Assembly (NCBI RefSeq): GCF_009914755.1
Contig: NC_060933.1
Reading direction: 5' to 3' (one strand)
Source: the human T2T-CHM13v2.0 reference genome, Homo sapiens
DNA length: 64,000 bases
Under the pieces are notes generated by a model. The model was not told the origin of the DNA, did no database searches, and saw only the letters and a program-made list of their open reading frames with translations. This document shows positions 1 through 18,460 of the stretch, piece by piece (position 1 is the stretch's first letter; each line of letters opens with the position of its first letter). A program made the position numbers and the translations under genes.

Positions 1-135
1 TGAAATGTCTATTCAGATGTGTTGCCCATTTTAAAAATTGGGTTGTTTTCTTACCATTGAGTTATGAGTCTTTTATATATATTCTAGATACAAGTCCTTT
101 ATCAGATATAATTTGGAAATATTTTCTCGCTGTCT
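1..135 (-). mobile_element. Old L1 (L1M) antisense fragment
   Basis: Resembles antisense L1 ORF2 3' sequence ('gaaatgtctattcagat...tatattctagatacaagtcctttatcagatata'). Confidence 0.75.
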
Positions 136-2050
136 GTAATGTGTTATACATCAATTTTAAGATATCCTTCACATTAAGAAACTAACGGTGTGGATAATAA
201 TCCTGGTATTGACAGAGGTTTGGACTCCTGAAGCCTGAAAGTCTATCTGCTGCCACGCCTGGGCACATACTGCATCATTTACAAAACTGTAGAGCACCTG
301 TTGTGTGTGCAGTTGTGATTTCTTATAGATTTTTAGAATTGGAAGGCATGTAAAGAACACGTAATCTGGTACATTGCTTCAGTAGGTAAGTCAGTATGAA
401 CTTCTAAGAATTTTTGTTTTCTTCTGTATTGGGTCTATTGTGGGTATGTCCAACGTGACAGGGGAGGTAAGGGAAGTGGCATCCCCTGAGATAGTGACTG
501 AAATGGCTTTCATCATCTTTAAGTCAAAGTGAGATGCCAGTAATAGGATATATGTATGTATGTACTTGTGTCTCTGTATGTATGTAAATAAACAAACATG
601 CTGGAAGGAGGAGGTGATTCAATCAGGGACTTTGTGAAAGAAAAAAAGAATAACTGGACCTTCCTTTAATGATGAAAACTGTTTATACAGCAAACCATCA
701 AAGCCAAAATGTGAATTTTGGTATTAGCCCGATTTTTCCTAAGAAACTGTTGATGTAACCACTGTAGTTGCAGAGATCGTTTTGGTATATTCTAGACCCT
801 CTTTGTTTTGTTCTGTTTGGGGTTTCTTCCCCCTCAAGTTGCTCTTGTCCACCACTAGACTGGCTGCCTTTTATTCCATAGCAGACAGTCCTTAAGTCTT
901 TGCATATGTCCTTATTCAAAAATTAATCTTCATCAGTTTTTTTCTGCAGAAAACAGTTTTTTAAATATCTTACATGAGAATGCTCTGCACCTGCAATCTC
1001 TGGTTGATGCAGTTTCCTTTCTCTCTTCTCTGTTCCCATTGGTAGAATAAATCTGCTCCTTCTTAAATCCTGAGCTGAAAATGTCCACACTTCCCAGAAG
1101 TGTACTTTAGAATCACCTGTAACATGTATTTAAAATACAGATTCCCCAGCTCCACGGGCAAAGCTCTCCTGCCATGTGACACCCTGATACAGTTCAGGGA
1201 GCCACTAAGGCAGGCCAAAATGGCTCAGCAGGCAAAGGTCCAAGCTGCCAGGGTAGTGTGTCATTACAGCATGCTTAGCATAGCTAGGAGGACAGGCTCA
1301 CACCCAGCCCCACAGCTGTTGCGCTACAGACTCAGGCACAGGGCTGTCTAACTGGCAGATGTGGGCCACAACTGTTGGAGACAAGCCAGCCGTATTTGGG
1401 AAAATCTTATTGTAAGGGGCAAGTGTGAGTGAGATTTAGGAGTCATGGGAAAATATACCAACACAGTAAATCTTGTGTTATAGGAGAGATGTGGAAGAAA
1501 GAGATAAACTACTGGCCAGGGTGTCTCCTGACTGGGTGACTTGCCACCACATGGGCCAGGCAGGTTGCGGCAGCTCTGCCTTTGGGAGGTGGCTGGAGGA
1601 GGGGAGGAGAGAGAGGCATGATGAAGACAGATGCACCCTTTCCTGAGCAGGGGTTAACATTCAGGGTGCCGAAAGGAATTCCACAGCCTGTTTCCCATCT
1701 CTCTTGTCCTCATCAAGTACTGGTCCTCGTGTATGTGTTCTGCTTCCGCTTTCTCAGGATGTTTACGTTTTTGCAAATACGTTTATGGAAAAGAGTTACC
1801 TCACCCACCTCTCCAAACATCTATTTGTTTTACATTTTTATTGCGGGGGAGTGATCTCTTTACATAGCTTCAAATGGCATAACATTCAGCAGTATCCAAG
1901 CTTAGATATATCTGATGAGAGGAAAGTAATTGTGAGGCCTTTGTTCTAGTTAAAACTTTGTCACTATCTGACTCCATGACTCCAGCAAATTGCTTCAACT
2001 GTCTGGCCTGCAGTTTTTTTCTTGCGTTAAATAACAGACTTAGTCTAGAT

Positions 2051-2230
2051 CGGTGGTTCTTATCATGTGGTTTCTGGACTAGCAGCATCAATATTACCTG
2101 GGAAACTTGTTAGAAATGCAAATTCTTGGGCTCTGCCCTAGACCTACTGAAACATACTCTGTGGGCGGGGCCCAGCAATCTGTGTTTGAAACGCGATTCT
2201 GATTATTTGACAAAAGTTTGCAAACCACTG
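2051..2230 (+). mobile_element. MER5A hAT-Charlie MITE, followed by a MER5B-like fragment to ~2350
   Basis: TIR-like ends (cggtggttct...aaaccactg), core 'ttgttagaaatgcaaattc', and a perfect 8-bp TSD gtctagat at 2043-2050 and 2231-2238. Confidence 0.9.
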
Positions 2231-2629
2231 GTCTAGATAAGTAGCTCTTAGCCTTGGCTGCACATTAAAATCATCTGGGCAACTTTTATAACCTACCAAT
2301 CCTGGCCTCTTCCTCCAAAGATTCTGACTTAAATGGTTTCAGATGGGGACCATTGTTATGCGGTTATAGCCGACGTCTAGGTGCTACCTGAGGTCTTCAA
2401 AGCTAAAGGTCAGTGTTTCCCAGCCGTAAATGCATACCTCTAGACCTGGCCTTCTCAAGCCACTAGGTGTTGCTATAATAGAGAAGAAAAGGCATTTTCA
2501 GAACCGTCTTTGGATATGGATGAGGAGGAGGAAAATGTATTTCTTAGCTTCTGATAAGAGATTATTTTGTTATTTTAATCTGAGTGCAATTTGCTAAATA
2601 TTCATTTGCAACTTGTTAAATTTATTCAA

Positions 2630-3070
2630 AGAAATTAAATGCCCATAAATGACAGAAAGAATAAAGAATTGTGATATATATTTACAATAAAATACTCTTT
2701 AGCAATAAAAAGAAATAAACTAGTGATGTGCATTATAACATGGCTGAATCTCACAACATAATGAACCAAAAAGAACTGGACACAAAAGAAGTAATATCGT
2801 ATCATTCCTTTAAGTGAAAATCAAACACAGGTGAAACTAATCTATGGTGATTGAGGTCAGGATAGTGATTACCCTTGGGGGTAGGGTGGTAATAATTAGA
2901 AGAGAGCACAAGGGAACCTTCCAGAGTGCTAGAAATGTTCTACTTCTCGATCTGATGATAGTTAAGTACATATACACACACTGCACATAAATATATATAT
3001 ACACTGAGCCATACTCTTAAATTTGCACACTTTACTGTATATGCGTTACTTGTTAGTAGTAAAGATTTAC
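2630..3070 (+). mobile_element. Old L1M 3' end fragment
   Basis: L1MC/ME-type 3' motifs ('aaactaatctatggtgattgaggtcaggatagtgattaccc', 'tgcacactttactgtat'). Confidence 0.75.
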
Positions 3071-4144
3071 AAAAAATAAAATGTAATCCTCAGGTGGAGT
3101 AACCGGTACCCCAGCCCACCATCGCTTGGTATATTTGGCATCTACCTTGGTATTTGTACCATCTGTGGTCACTAAAAGATGAACATAGCCCTTTGATTTC
3201 ATGTTGATATTAAGTTAAAATGTATATATCAATGTCTATCGTCCCAAATTGAGAAGGTAATGGCATGGTCTCTATTTATTTAAAGGTTTAGTTTGTTTTG
3301 AATATTTGCGTGCCTGCAGGACCCACATTCTGCAGCAGTACCCATGGGTGATTGAATCTCTTCAAAACCATCTGCTGTCTCTTCCTTACTCCTCAAATCT
3401 TGTAAAAGGATCTGAGAAATAAAACTGCCTGCTCTTTACTGTCTGCAGAAGAAGACCTCACCCCTTCTCCTGTCAGTGACAGGAGGTCAAATGCATCCTA
3501 ACAAATCAAGGTGATATTAAAAAAAAAAAATCATTCTGTAGCAGGCAGAAACAAGTCCCTGAAAATTTCAATAAGCCACTGACTATTTAAACAAGGCATA
3601 TCAGAAAGGCATTCAGGGAAGAAAAATGTGTTAGGGAAATGAAAACCAGAGTCACTTAGCAGAATGCAGAAAAATCCTTTGGAAAGGGAGTCTTATCATA
3701 ATAGATGGGAAATTACCATCCATCACTCAGCTATCACTTTAAAGCCACAGGCTGGGTGATCTCACTTCAGGGAGCACATCTTAAGCACTGTGCATCAAAA
3801 ACACGGGCTGGACTGGCTGATGTCTACCTATGAAATCATTCAAAGAGAGCCGAAATCTTTGTTCAGCTGGTGCTGTATTAAATGCTGTCAGTTTTACCTG
3901 ATACCGTCTTTTGAAATGCTGTGCTCTGTGCCATTATGTTCCAGTTACTTTGATGTCATTCTGTTGGAGTTGGGTAGAACACGTAGGGCAGCTATTTTTT
4001 TTTTTTTTTAGATAAAAAAAGGTTTTTTAAGAGATGGGGTTTTGCTATGTTGCCCAGGCTGGACTTGAACTCCTAATTTGTGGGCTCAAGGGATCCTCCC
4101 ACCTCAGCCTCCATGAGTAGCTGAGACCACAGGCACATGCCACC

Positions 4145-4914
4145 TGTTAACTTAAAAAAAAATCACAAATCTACAAGTTTGGAAAGGTGAGGAGACTTTA
4201 TTTCTTATAAGGAGTTATAGCTTGCAAGGTGGCATCCTGCAGGCTGGGAAGCACAGCCTCCAGGCAAGACCAGAGACAGGCACTTCGAAGGAGGAGGGGT
4301 TAGGGTAAGAGCTTTATGATGAATGGGTTGGCTAAACATACATATTCAACAGGTTACAGGAGGATTATAAATATTCATGAAGGTGGTCCTGACGCATGCA
4401 TATTGAACAAGCATGCATGTTATATACAACCCATGTTCACTTTGGGGTGGAGACTTAATATTTAAATGTTAGGCCCTATACGTAACATTTAAAAATTAGG
4501 TCCTACACATCAGAAGGTCTTTTCAGGACATGAACGCATATAAATGCACAACCTCCATAAACCAGCCAGAACCAGTCCGTAATCGGTGGTCTTATCAGGG
4601 GAAAGTTATTGAAACCAGTCTCTTGTCCAATCAAGGCTATAGTTGTGGCTGGTGCAACAGGGGTTCAGTTAGTCACGGTTGGCATGAGCTGCAACGTTTT
4701 TTTACTATTGCTTATCTCAAGACTAGCATTTGTTTAGCTGCTAGAGAAAAAGAAAACCCTTGTGGCAGTTAGAGCACAGTTTATCCTTTAAGTGTAGGAG
4801 TGCATGACTTAACGCTTGCCTGGCATAGCCTAGGTCCTGTTTATAATTTGGTATCTTATTGCCACAAAGAGTCTGTTCTATCAATCTTATGATCTTTATT
4901 TTAACATTAATGCT

Positions 4915-4915
<1 letters not shown>
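4145..4915 (-). mobile_element. ERV1 (MER4-group) LTR, truncated; Alu monomer fragment just before it (~4030-4143)
   Basis: Begins TGTTAA on +, with 'actttatttcttataa' (antisense polyA signal) and MER4-group-like motifs. Subfamily uncertain. Confidence 0.65.
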
Positions 4916-5692
<777 letters not shown>

Positions 5693-6769
5693 TAGAAATT
5701 GCTACTACAGGTGGCCCCAGGAGAAAGACACTCAGATTGGGAATCTTGGTTTGGATAGTGCATTTACTTACTTGCCAGTGGTAAATGCGACACAGATAAC
5801 CCCTGTCATAGGGCAGCATCATGGTTATTCACATTATCACTGTGTGGGCATGAGATGAAGAGCAGGAAGAGGGCAAGGCATTGGAAGATCAAGTACTGTG
5901 GCACTGACATTATGGTGATTAGTAATGATTATATAGACCATGGGACCACCTGGCTTCTTTTGACAGTGCTAGAAAGTATATGAAGAATAAAGGAAAAATG
6001 AAACTGTGAGTTTGCAGTTGAGATTGTAAGTGGATAATCAGAAAGCCTGGGTGGCAGCTTTTGAAGGATGAAGTGGCAGCTTTTGAAGGATGAAGTGTCT
6101 CCTATACTCACAGAGCAGATGACACCGTGGGCCACGTCCAGTTCCTAATGCTGAGCATTATAACAACATTTAATTGGGTTGCACACCAACTTCACTAGGC
6201 CTTTTCTGCCAAGGTGAGGGCACTGGTAGAGGAGTGGAGCTTAAAACAGGGGCTGGATCAATGTGGGTAAAGCAGAATTTTGAAACTCCAGACTCCCTTG
6301 GACTTCCCTAGCTATGCGAGGGAGCTCTGCCTCCACTATTTGAGAGAAGCAGTTCTTACCTACATAAAAATTTTTCAATACCTGCACCTGGGGCAGTTGT
6401 CACACAAGCTGAGGCCAGTGCCCCTCAGGACCTCCCTCCACCCAACACCTGCCCCTCATTACTACTAGGCCTTTACTGAAAGGAATTGCTAGTCCTGAAG
6501 TGAGTAGTGATAGCCTGTACACAGAAAGAAGTTTAGATCGGGATTGTACGAAACTGTATCGTCAGGAGCCTAGGGAGCCCTTAAGGGGTAGTGAATCCTA
6601 AGGATCTTAGACCAAGGAGAAAAAATACATGGCTTTATTGAGCCACACTCACAGAGATGGGTTGGGATTTAATGTATTGCATGGGCCACCCAAGAGTGAC
6701 ATTAATGATCTGCTAATTGAGCTTGAACTCATGGCCTTGGTTAATTGAGCTTGAACTCATGGCCTGGAG

Positions 6770-7150
6770 CCTTGAAACTCAGTGTGGTCTGTGGATCGGC
6801 AGCAGTGGCATCACCTGGGAGCTGAATGGAATCCTAGAATCTCAGAATCCACCCCAGACCTACTGAAGCAAAACTCTGTATTTTACAAGCCTCGCAGGTG
6901 ATTTGTGTGCATATTAAAAGTTGAGAAAAACTTCTCTAGGCCTCTGATATAATGAGGTTGAAATATCGAACAGTGGCTTCCACACTGTGTTCCCAAACAA
7001 CAGGGTTGGCATCATCTGGGAACTCAGAAATGCAAATTCTCAGACCCCACCCAAGACCTCCCGAATCAGAGTTATGGGGTAGGGGGCAGGAATCTGTGTT
7101 TTCACAAGCTTTCCAGGGGATTCTGATGCACAATCTTGTTTGAGTCAGTT
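6770..7150 (+). mobile_element. Two MER5A-like MITEs nested in the ERV-L internal region
   Basis: 'gcagcagtggcatcacctgggagc...ccccagacctactgaa' and 'gcatcatctgggaactcagaaatgcaaattctcagacccc'. Confidence 0.8.
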
Positions 7151-9275
7151 TCATGACCTGCTTATGGCCTATAGTTAATTAGGTCAAAATGTTGGAACTT
7201 CCCTGGCATACCAAAGAGCAGTGCTTCTCTATTACAAACAACTACTCAGCCACCCTCTCATCTGCTTGTCACCAAAGCCGCAGGAAGTGCATCAGTGGGA
7301 AGATACCAGCCTGCTTGAAAAGGTGATGACTCTCCTTGAGAGGCCAGAGATAACCTTGGGGGAAATTGCAAAAGGACTGGGTTTTCTGATCTCATGGGAC
7401 TATGGGATCCCAGAGGCCTGAGGCCAAATGGCAGCATTTAACTGTCAAAGACAGTTGAGTACACCAGCTACAGTAAGCCACAGAGACAGAGGTAATTAGA
7501 GATTTTTGGCCCACAGGCATCTGTGGCAATAACTAAATGATTATAGGATCTCTTGAAATGAAATCTGTGGTCACTACTGAAGTTCTTCTTGATATATACA
7601 GGTGAAAAAATTGGGGCTATACTGGGAAAACCTCAAATCTACATAATGGGAAATCTTGGCCTCTTAGGTCCCAGATCTTAGCCAAAGCCCCTCAACAGAG
7701 GGAAAGGGTGGATCCTTTGAGGACGGATGCTATAGTAGAGGCATAGCTGTTTATCATGAATGATCCATCTCCTCTTCCCTGGAAGAACTTACTGCCATTT
7801 ACTTAAGAAACTATACATAGAGCAAAGAGAAATAACACACCCTCTCAGGAGTTACTAGATACTTACTCTGAACTGACATTTATCCTAGGAGACCTGAAAA
7901 ATGCCAGTGGGGTCCACCATTCAGATAACTGGTGGAGTCTGGGCCCAGGTTCATCTTACGGTTGGTCCAGTAGGACCTTGGATCCACATTGTGGTTATTT
8001 CCCAGCCTTAAAATATACAGTGGGGCTACATATACTTAGTAACAGGCAGATGCCCATATTTGTTACCTATTTATGGAGCGAGAGTTACTATGGTAGAAAG
8101 GGCCAAGTGAAGACCCTGGAACCGCACCACCACCCTCCTTCATGATGGTAAGCTGAAAGCAATTCCCCATCCTTAGGGGAGTTGCAGAGGTTGGTGCCAC
8201 CATTGAACACTTAAAAGATGCAGTGCTTTGATCCTTATCACATGCTCATTCAACTTACCTGTTTGGCCAGTGTAAGAGTCAGACAGGTAATGGAAAATGA
8301 TTGTGTATCACTGCAAACTTAAACAGATGGTGATGGCAAAAATAACAATGATCTGGATGTAGTATCTTTACTGGAACAAATCAATACGGCCCTAGTGTCC
8401 ATTTACAGTCGTTGACCTGTCATATTCCTTTCTCCCCCATTTCCATAATTAACAAAAATCAGAAGAAGTTCGTATTTTCAAGGCAGGGCAACATTATACC
8501 TTTACTTAGTTGTCTCCAGGCCACATGAACTCTCCTGGTCTCTGTTATAAAACAGTCCAAAGGGCCTGTAATCAACTTGATACCCTACATCGTGTCACTC
8601 TCATCTTTTACAATGATGACATAATGCTAACTGGAACTGGGGAACAGAAAGTAGCAAGTATCCTAGATGTCTTAGTAAGTCACATTCATGCCAGAGGATA
8701 GGAGATAGAGTCCATGAACATTCAGGAGCCTGCTGTATGTGTAATGTTTTGAGGGGTGCAATAGCCTGGGGTACGTCTCTCACTTTCTAAGAGTGAGAAG
8801 TAACTTGCCCTGCTTTGCACTGATCACAAGGGGGCACAACATTTTTGGGGCTTCTTTAGATTTTGGAGGCAACAAGCCACATTTGTGCATACTGCTTGAA
8901 CCCATCACCTAGGAAGCTGCGAAGCTGACAGTTTGGAGTGGGATAGAGAGCACGAAAGGGTTCTGAGGCAGATCCAGGCTGTGGTACCAGCTGTCTTGTC
9001 ACTTGAGCCTTCTGACCCCACAGATTCAATGATACTCAAAATACCTTTGACCAACAGAGGTGTCTTATGGAGCCTCTGGCAATCCTCAATAGGAAACTTA
9101 TGACCTGCTGGTGATTATTATCGTTGGAAGGTGGCTCTGGCTTGCTCCTGCACCCTGGTAGAGCCTGAAAGCCTTATCATGGGCTGCCCTATGTTTGTAT
9201 GACCCAGACTACCTACCATGCATGGGAATATCCACTGAACCATAAAGCTGTTTACATGTGCAGCAGCATTCCATT

Positions 9276-9709
9276 TGTTAAAGCAAACTAAATACGGCCT
9301 GAGAAGGACTCCGTACTTCTATATTTGAGTCCTTGTGGATGAACTGTAACCTAGCTTAATAGTCAGACAAAATTGAAAACCTAACTTAAGAGTATGCGCC
9401 TGTAACAATAACTGAGTCTTGGCCAATTCCAGCAGCCATACTTCAACCACTCATAGACTGCTAAGTGTTCAAACTGTGTTCAAATAAGGCAAACACCAAC
9501 CTGTAACCAATCCAGCTATTTCTGTACCTCACTGCTGATTTCTGTATGTCATTTCCCTTTTTTTGTCTATAAATCTTCTTCCACCATGTGGCTGCACTGA
9601 AGTCTCTGTGAATCTGCTGTGATTCTGGGGGTTGCCCGATTCGCCAGTTGTTCATTGCTCAATTGAACTTCTTTAAATTGAATTTGGCTGAAATTTTTCT
9701 TTTATTACA
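9276..9709 (+). mobile_element. MER57-type solo LTR inserted in ERV-L pol
   Basis: Start 'tgttaaagcaaactaaatacggcctgagaaggactccgtac' matches recalled MER57; probable 4-bp TSD catt; pol sequence is contiguous across it. Confidence 0.85.
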
Positions 9710-10679
9710 TTTCACATGGAAGTGGGATACATGCAATCAACCTGCTTGTGCAGTTTACTTGGCTCCCGAACCTACATGAGTGAAGCAAACTGCACAAGCA
9801 AGAGGCCTGGCCTCCTGCATTGCCTGGTCCTCTGCTTCACTGCCCTCCCTCACCTCATACACATGGCCCCAGGGGAAGATTTCTGTGACCACTTGATGGA
9901 GGAAAATGGGTCTAGTTTACTGACAGGTCTTCCAGGTATGCTGGCTTCTGTAGCATAGATTCATTCAGGGATAGCCGTGAAAAACCATAGCAAACGGAAA
10001 TCCTCCCAATGGGCAGAACTTTGAATGGTACTTCTGATTGTCCACTTTGTGTGAAAGAAGAGATGGCTCAGATCTCGAATGATTTATAAACAGTAGGAAG
10101 CAGATATTCCAGATTGTTAGGGACTTGGAGAAAACAATTGAGGAAAATTGGTGTCATGAAGGCTTGGGAGAAAAGCATGAGAAGGGATATTTCAGAACAG
10201 ATGGTGGACAAGATAACCTGTCCCGTGGATGTCAGGTAATCTCTTTCTCCAGTCACTCTAGTGTTTTCTCAATGAGCCTATGCACAAAGTGGCCATAGTG
10301 GCAGGAATAGAGCCAGTGATGAACTCAGAGATGTAGACTTCCCCTCATTTTGTCACCATCACTGCTGAGTGCCCCACCTGCCCACAGCAAAGGCCAAATC
10401 TGAGCCTCTGATATGATACCATTCCCAGGGCCAGCAGCCAGCCATCGGGTGATACATTGATTACATTGGGATTCTTTCATTATGGAGGGAATAGTGGTTT
10501 GTCCCCCACAAGATCTGACACATATTCTGAATAGTGATTTCTCTTCCTTGCTTCCAGCACTTCTATCAGAATCACTGTCTTTGGACTTGGAGAATTCCTG
10601 ATTTGTAGCCACCATACTTACACAACATTGTCTCTAATCAAGGGACTCATGTTGTGGCAAGGAAAGTAAATCAGTTTGC

Positions 10680-10970
<291 letters not shown>

Positions 10971-11043
10971 GAAATCTGTTTGCACTCATGGAATTCATTG
11001 ATTTAACATGTGCCCCATTACCTAGAATAACGTGGCTTGATAA

Positions 11044-12356
<1,313 letters not shown>

Positions 12357-12480
12357 ACTGAATTGACATCGCCAGAAGATGATACAATTACTGGTGAGCC
12401 TTTGCATATCTCTTATGTCGGGGACATGAATTTTTCACTTGGAGGACAGGAGTGGATGCTTAAGGGAAGAGAGGAGAGAT

Positions 12481-12950
12481 TGTAATGAAAGTTTCCTTTT
12501 GGCCTTGCAGATACACACTGTCCCCTTCTCCTCCAGTGCTATTCCCAAAGAGGTTGACATTTAGGGGCCACAGCAACCCGCCTTCTATGATTTCTGATTT
12601 CCTGTGGGTTTGGTCTTTGGGAAGCATCCACAGGGAACTGGAGGAAGGAGAGGTTAGAGGATTTACTCCCTTGTCTCCCTGCATTAAAGGTGGCTGCAGG
12701 CTGGTAGTGTCCCTCAACTGAAGCCCCTCTCCACACAATTGTCTAAGTTTCTGGGTTCTAGTAATCACTAGAAACCACTCTTTCCCTCTCTCCTTTAGGC
12801 CTAGGCAGGACTAGTCTTGGGGTATTGTCCTATCTCTTATGAGTTCCCTGTACCCTATTCTGACCTTCTAAATTGTGTATTTACTTAAATTTTTCAAATT
12901 ACCCAATTTGAGTGGGCCATCTGCTTGTCAGATTCCTTATAGACACCTTA
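12481..12950 (+). mobile_element. LTR33-like ERV-L 3' LTR
   Basis: TG start straight after the polypurine tract aagggaagagaggagaga; 3' end 'aaattacccaatttgagtgggccatctg'. Confidence 0.75.
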
Positions 12951-12967
12951 TGTGGACATTTGTGTAA

Positions 12968-15070
<2,103 letters not shown>

Positions 15071-15351
15071 AGAACAAACTATTAATGTATACAGCATGAT
15101 GAATAAATGAATCTCAAATTAATTATGCTAAATGAAAGATGTGATAAACAAGAGTATATACTGTATGATTTCATTTATATACAATTTTTGAAAATGCAAA
15201 CTAGCCAATAGTGACAGAAAGCAGATCAGTGCTTATCCAGGGAAGGAGGCATGGGGAGTGGGAGGATTGAGAGAGGCATTATAAAGGAACACAAAGAAAC
15301 TTTTGAGGGTGATAGGTATATCTAGTATCTTGATTGTGGCAATAGTTTCAT

Positions 15352-17280
15352 ATCTCTCAGCATTTGCTTGTAAAGGATTTTATGTCTTCTTCACTTATGA
15401 AGCTTAGTTTGGCTGGATATGAAATTCTGGGTTGAAAATTCTTTTCTTTAAGAATGTTGAATATTGGCCCCCACTCTCTTCTGGCTTGTAGGGTTTCTGC
15501 CAAGAGATCCACTGTTAGTCTGATGGGCTTCCCTTTGTGGGTAACTCAACCTTTCTCTCTGGCTGCCCTTAGCATTTTTTCCTTCATTTCAACCTTGGTG
15601 AATCTGACAATTATGTGTCTTAGGGTTGCTCTTCTCGAGGAGTATCTTTGTGGTGTTCTCTGTATTTCCTGAATTTGAATGTTGGCCTGCCTTGCTAGGT
15701 TGGGGAAGTTCTCCTGGATAATATCCTGAAGAGTGTTTTCCAGCTGGTTCCATTCTGCCCATCACTTTCAGGTATACCAATCAAATGTAGATTTGGTCTT
15801 TTCACACAGTCCCATATTTCTTGGAGGCTTTGTTCATTTCCTTTTACTCTTTTTCCTCTAAACTTCTCGCTTCATTTCATTCATTTGATCTTCAATCACT
15901 GATACCCTTTCTTCCAGTTGATCGAATCAGCTACTGAGGCTTGTGCATGCGTCACATAGTTCTCGTGCCGTGGTTTTCAGCTCCATCAGGTCATTTAAGG
16001 TCTTCTCTATACTGTTTATTCTAGTTAGCCATTCGTCTAATCTTTTTTCGAGGTTTTTAGCTTCCTTGCAATGGGTTCAAACGTCCTCCTTTAGCTGGGA
16101 GAAGTTTGTTATTACCAATTTTCTGAAGCCTACTTCTGTCAACTCATCAAAGTCATTCTCCATCCTGCTTTGTTCCGTTGCTGGCGAGGAGCTGCCATCC
16201 TTTGGAGGAGAAGGGGTGCTCTGGTTTTTAGAATTTTCAGCTTTTCTGCTCTGGTTTCTCCCCATCTTTGTGATTTTTATCTACCTTTGGTCTTTGATGA
16301 TGGTGACCTACAGATGGGGTTTTGGTGTGGATGCCCTTTATGTTGCTGTTGATGCTATTCCTTTCTGTTTGTTAGTTTTCTTTCTAACAGTCAGGTCCCT
16401 CAGCTGCAGGTCTGTTGGAGTTTGCTGGAGGTCCACTCCAGACCCTGTCTGCCTGGGTTTCACCAGCGGAGGCTGCAGAACAGCAAATATTGCTGCTTGA
16501 TCCTTCGTCTGGAAGCTTCATCTCAGAGGGGCACCCAGCTGTATGAGGTGTCTGTCAGCCCCTACTGAGAGGTGTCTCCAAGTTAGGTTACACGGGGGTC
16601 AGGGACCCACTTGAGGAGGCTGGCTGGCTGTTCTCCGAGCTCAAACACTGTGCTGGGAGAACCACTGCTGTCTTCAGAGCTGTCAGACAGGGACGTTGAA
16701 GTCTGCAGAAGTTTCTGCTGCCTTTTGTTCAGCTATGCCCTGCCCCCAGAGGTGGAGTCTACAGAGGCAGGTGGGTCTCCTTGAGCTGAGGTGGGCTCCA
16801 TCCAGTTCGAGCTTCCCAGCTGCTTTGTTTACCTACTCAATCCTCAGCAATGGCGGACGCCCCTCCCCCAGCCAGGCTTGCTGCCTCACAGTGTGATCTC
16901 GGACTAGCAGTGAGCAAGGTTCCGTGGGCATGGGACCCACTGATCCAGGCATGGGATATAATCTTCTGGTGTGCCGTTTGCTAAGACCATTGGAAAAGAG
17001 CAGTGTTTAGGTGGCAGTGTCCCGATTTTACTGGTACAGTCTGTCACAGCTTCCCTTGGCTAGGAAAAGGAAATCCCCCAACCCCTTGCACTTCCTGGGT
17101 GAGGCTATGCCCTGCCCTGCTTTGGCTCACCCTCCATGGGCCGCACCCACTTTCCGACCAGTCCCAATGAGATGAACCAGATACCTCAGTTGGAAATGCA
17201 GAAATCACCCCTCTTCTGCATCGATCACGCTGGGAGCTGCAGACCGGAGCTGTTCCTATTTGGTCATCTTGGAACAGACC
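15352..17280 (-). mobile_element. Primate L1PA (roughly PA5-PA8) 5'UTR plus most of ORF1; no ORF2 or 3' end
   Basis: Minus strand starts 'ccaagatgaccaaataggaacagctccggtctgcagctcccagcg' (L1 5' end). ORF1p N-terminus MGRNQSRKAENSKNQS starts at 16265. Homology stops at '...caaatgctgagagat'. Confidence 0.92.
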
Positions 17281-17313
17281 CAAATTATATCTTTAAATAG
17301 GTGCAATCTATAG

Positions 17314-17696
<383 letters not shown>

Positions 17697-17870
17697 TAAC
17701 CCAATCCAGGAAAAGATTGCCTGGGCTTGATTAAACACATAGTATAGGAGTTGCAGCAGAGAAATAGATCACTGAAAGCTTGCACCCTTAGGAAGCAGTG
17801 ACAAGGGAAAGGAAGAAATTTGTTTATGTGCCAGATACTTTACTAGGGTTTTTTGCTTTGTACTCTGTCT

Positions 17871-18212
17871 CAGTGGTCCCCAACTTTTTGGTATGAGGGG
17901 TTTTTCCACGGATTGGGTTAAGGGGTGGGCAGGTGGGGGAAGGGGATGCAGAAGGAGGATGGTTTCCAGATGAAACTCTTTCACCTCAGATCATCAGGCA
18001 TTAGATTTTCATAAGGAGTGTGCAACCTACATCCCTCGCATGTGCAGTTCACAATAGTGTTCACACACCTATGAGAACCTAGTGCTGCCACTGATAGGAC
18101 AAGAGGCAGAGCTCAGGTGGCAATGCTCACTCACCTTCTGCTGTGCAGCCAGGTTCCTAACAGGCCACAGACCACTACCAGTCTGTAGCTCAGGGATTGG
18201 TTGGGGACCCTG
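17871..18212 (+). mobile_element. MER1B hAT-Charlie MITE
   Basis: Ends cagtggtcccc...ggggaccctg; internal 'cacctcagatcatcaggcattagattttcataaggag'. Confidence 0.85.
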
Positions 18213-18401
18213 CTTTATCTCAGGTAATCCTCATGACAATCCTAACAGAAGGGTACTATTATCCTGAAAATAGAAATGAGAAATTTAAAAATGAGAAAAC
18301 TTTAGTTCAGAGAGGAAAAGTAACTCATTCAAGACAGAGCAGGGATTTAACCTTATTTAAATCTACTTCATGTGTTCTGCCTGTACCATTCTGTCTCTCT
18401 C

Positions 18402-18460
18402 TGCGTGTGTGTGTGCGTGCGTGTGTGTGTGTGTGTGCGTGTGCGTGTGTGTGTGTGTGT
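18402..18460. repeat. (TG)n/(TGCG) microsatellite
   Basis: Alternating purine-pyrimidine tract seen directly. Confidence 0.95.

Noticed and set aside
136-2040. Mostly unique-looking sequence with short ORFs (e.g. 1582-1854); possible exon or UTR of a neighbouring gene
   Set aside because: No recognisable protein, and no exon structure I can support from sequence alone.
8510-8701. Possible domesticated reverse transcriptase
   Set aside because: Only 63 aa open, motif degenerate (YNDD), and surrounded by stops, frameshifts and insertions.
15943-16500. 185-aa hydrophobic ORF
   Set aside because: Antisense frame of L1 ORF1/5'UTR.
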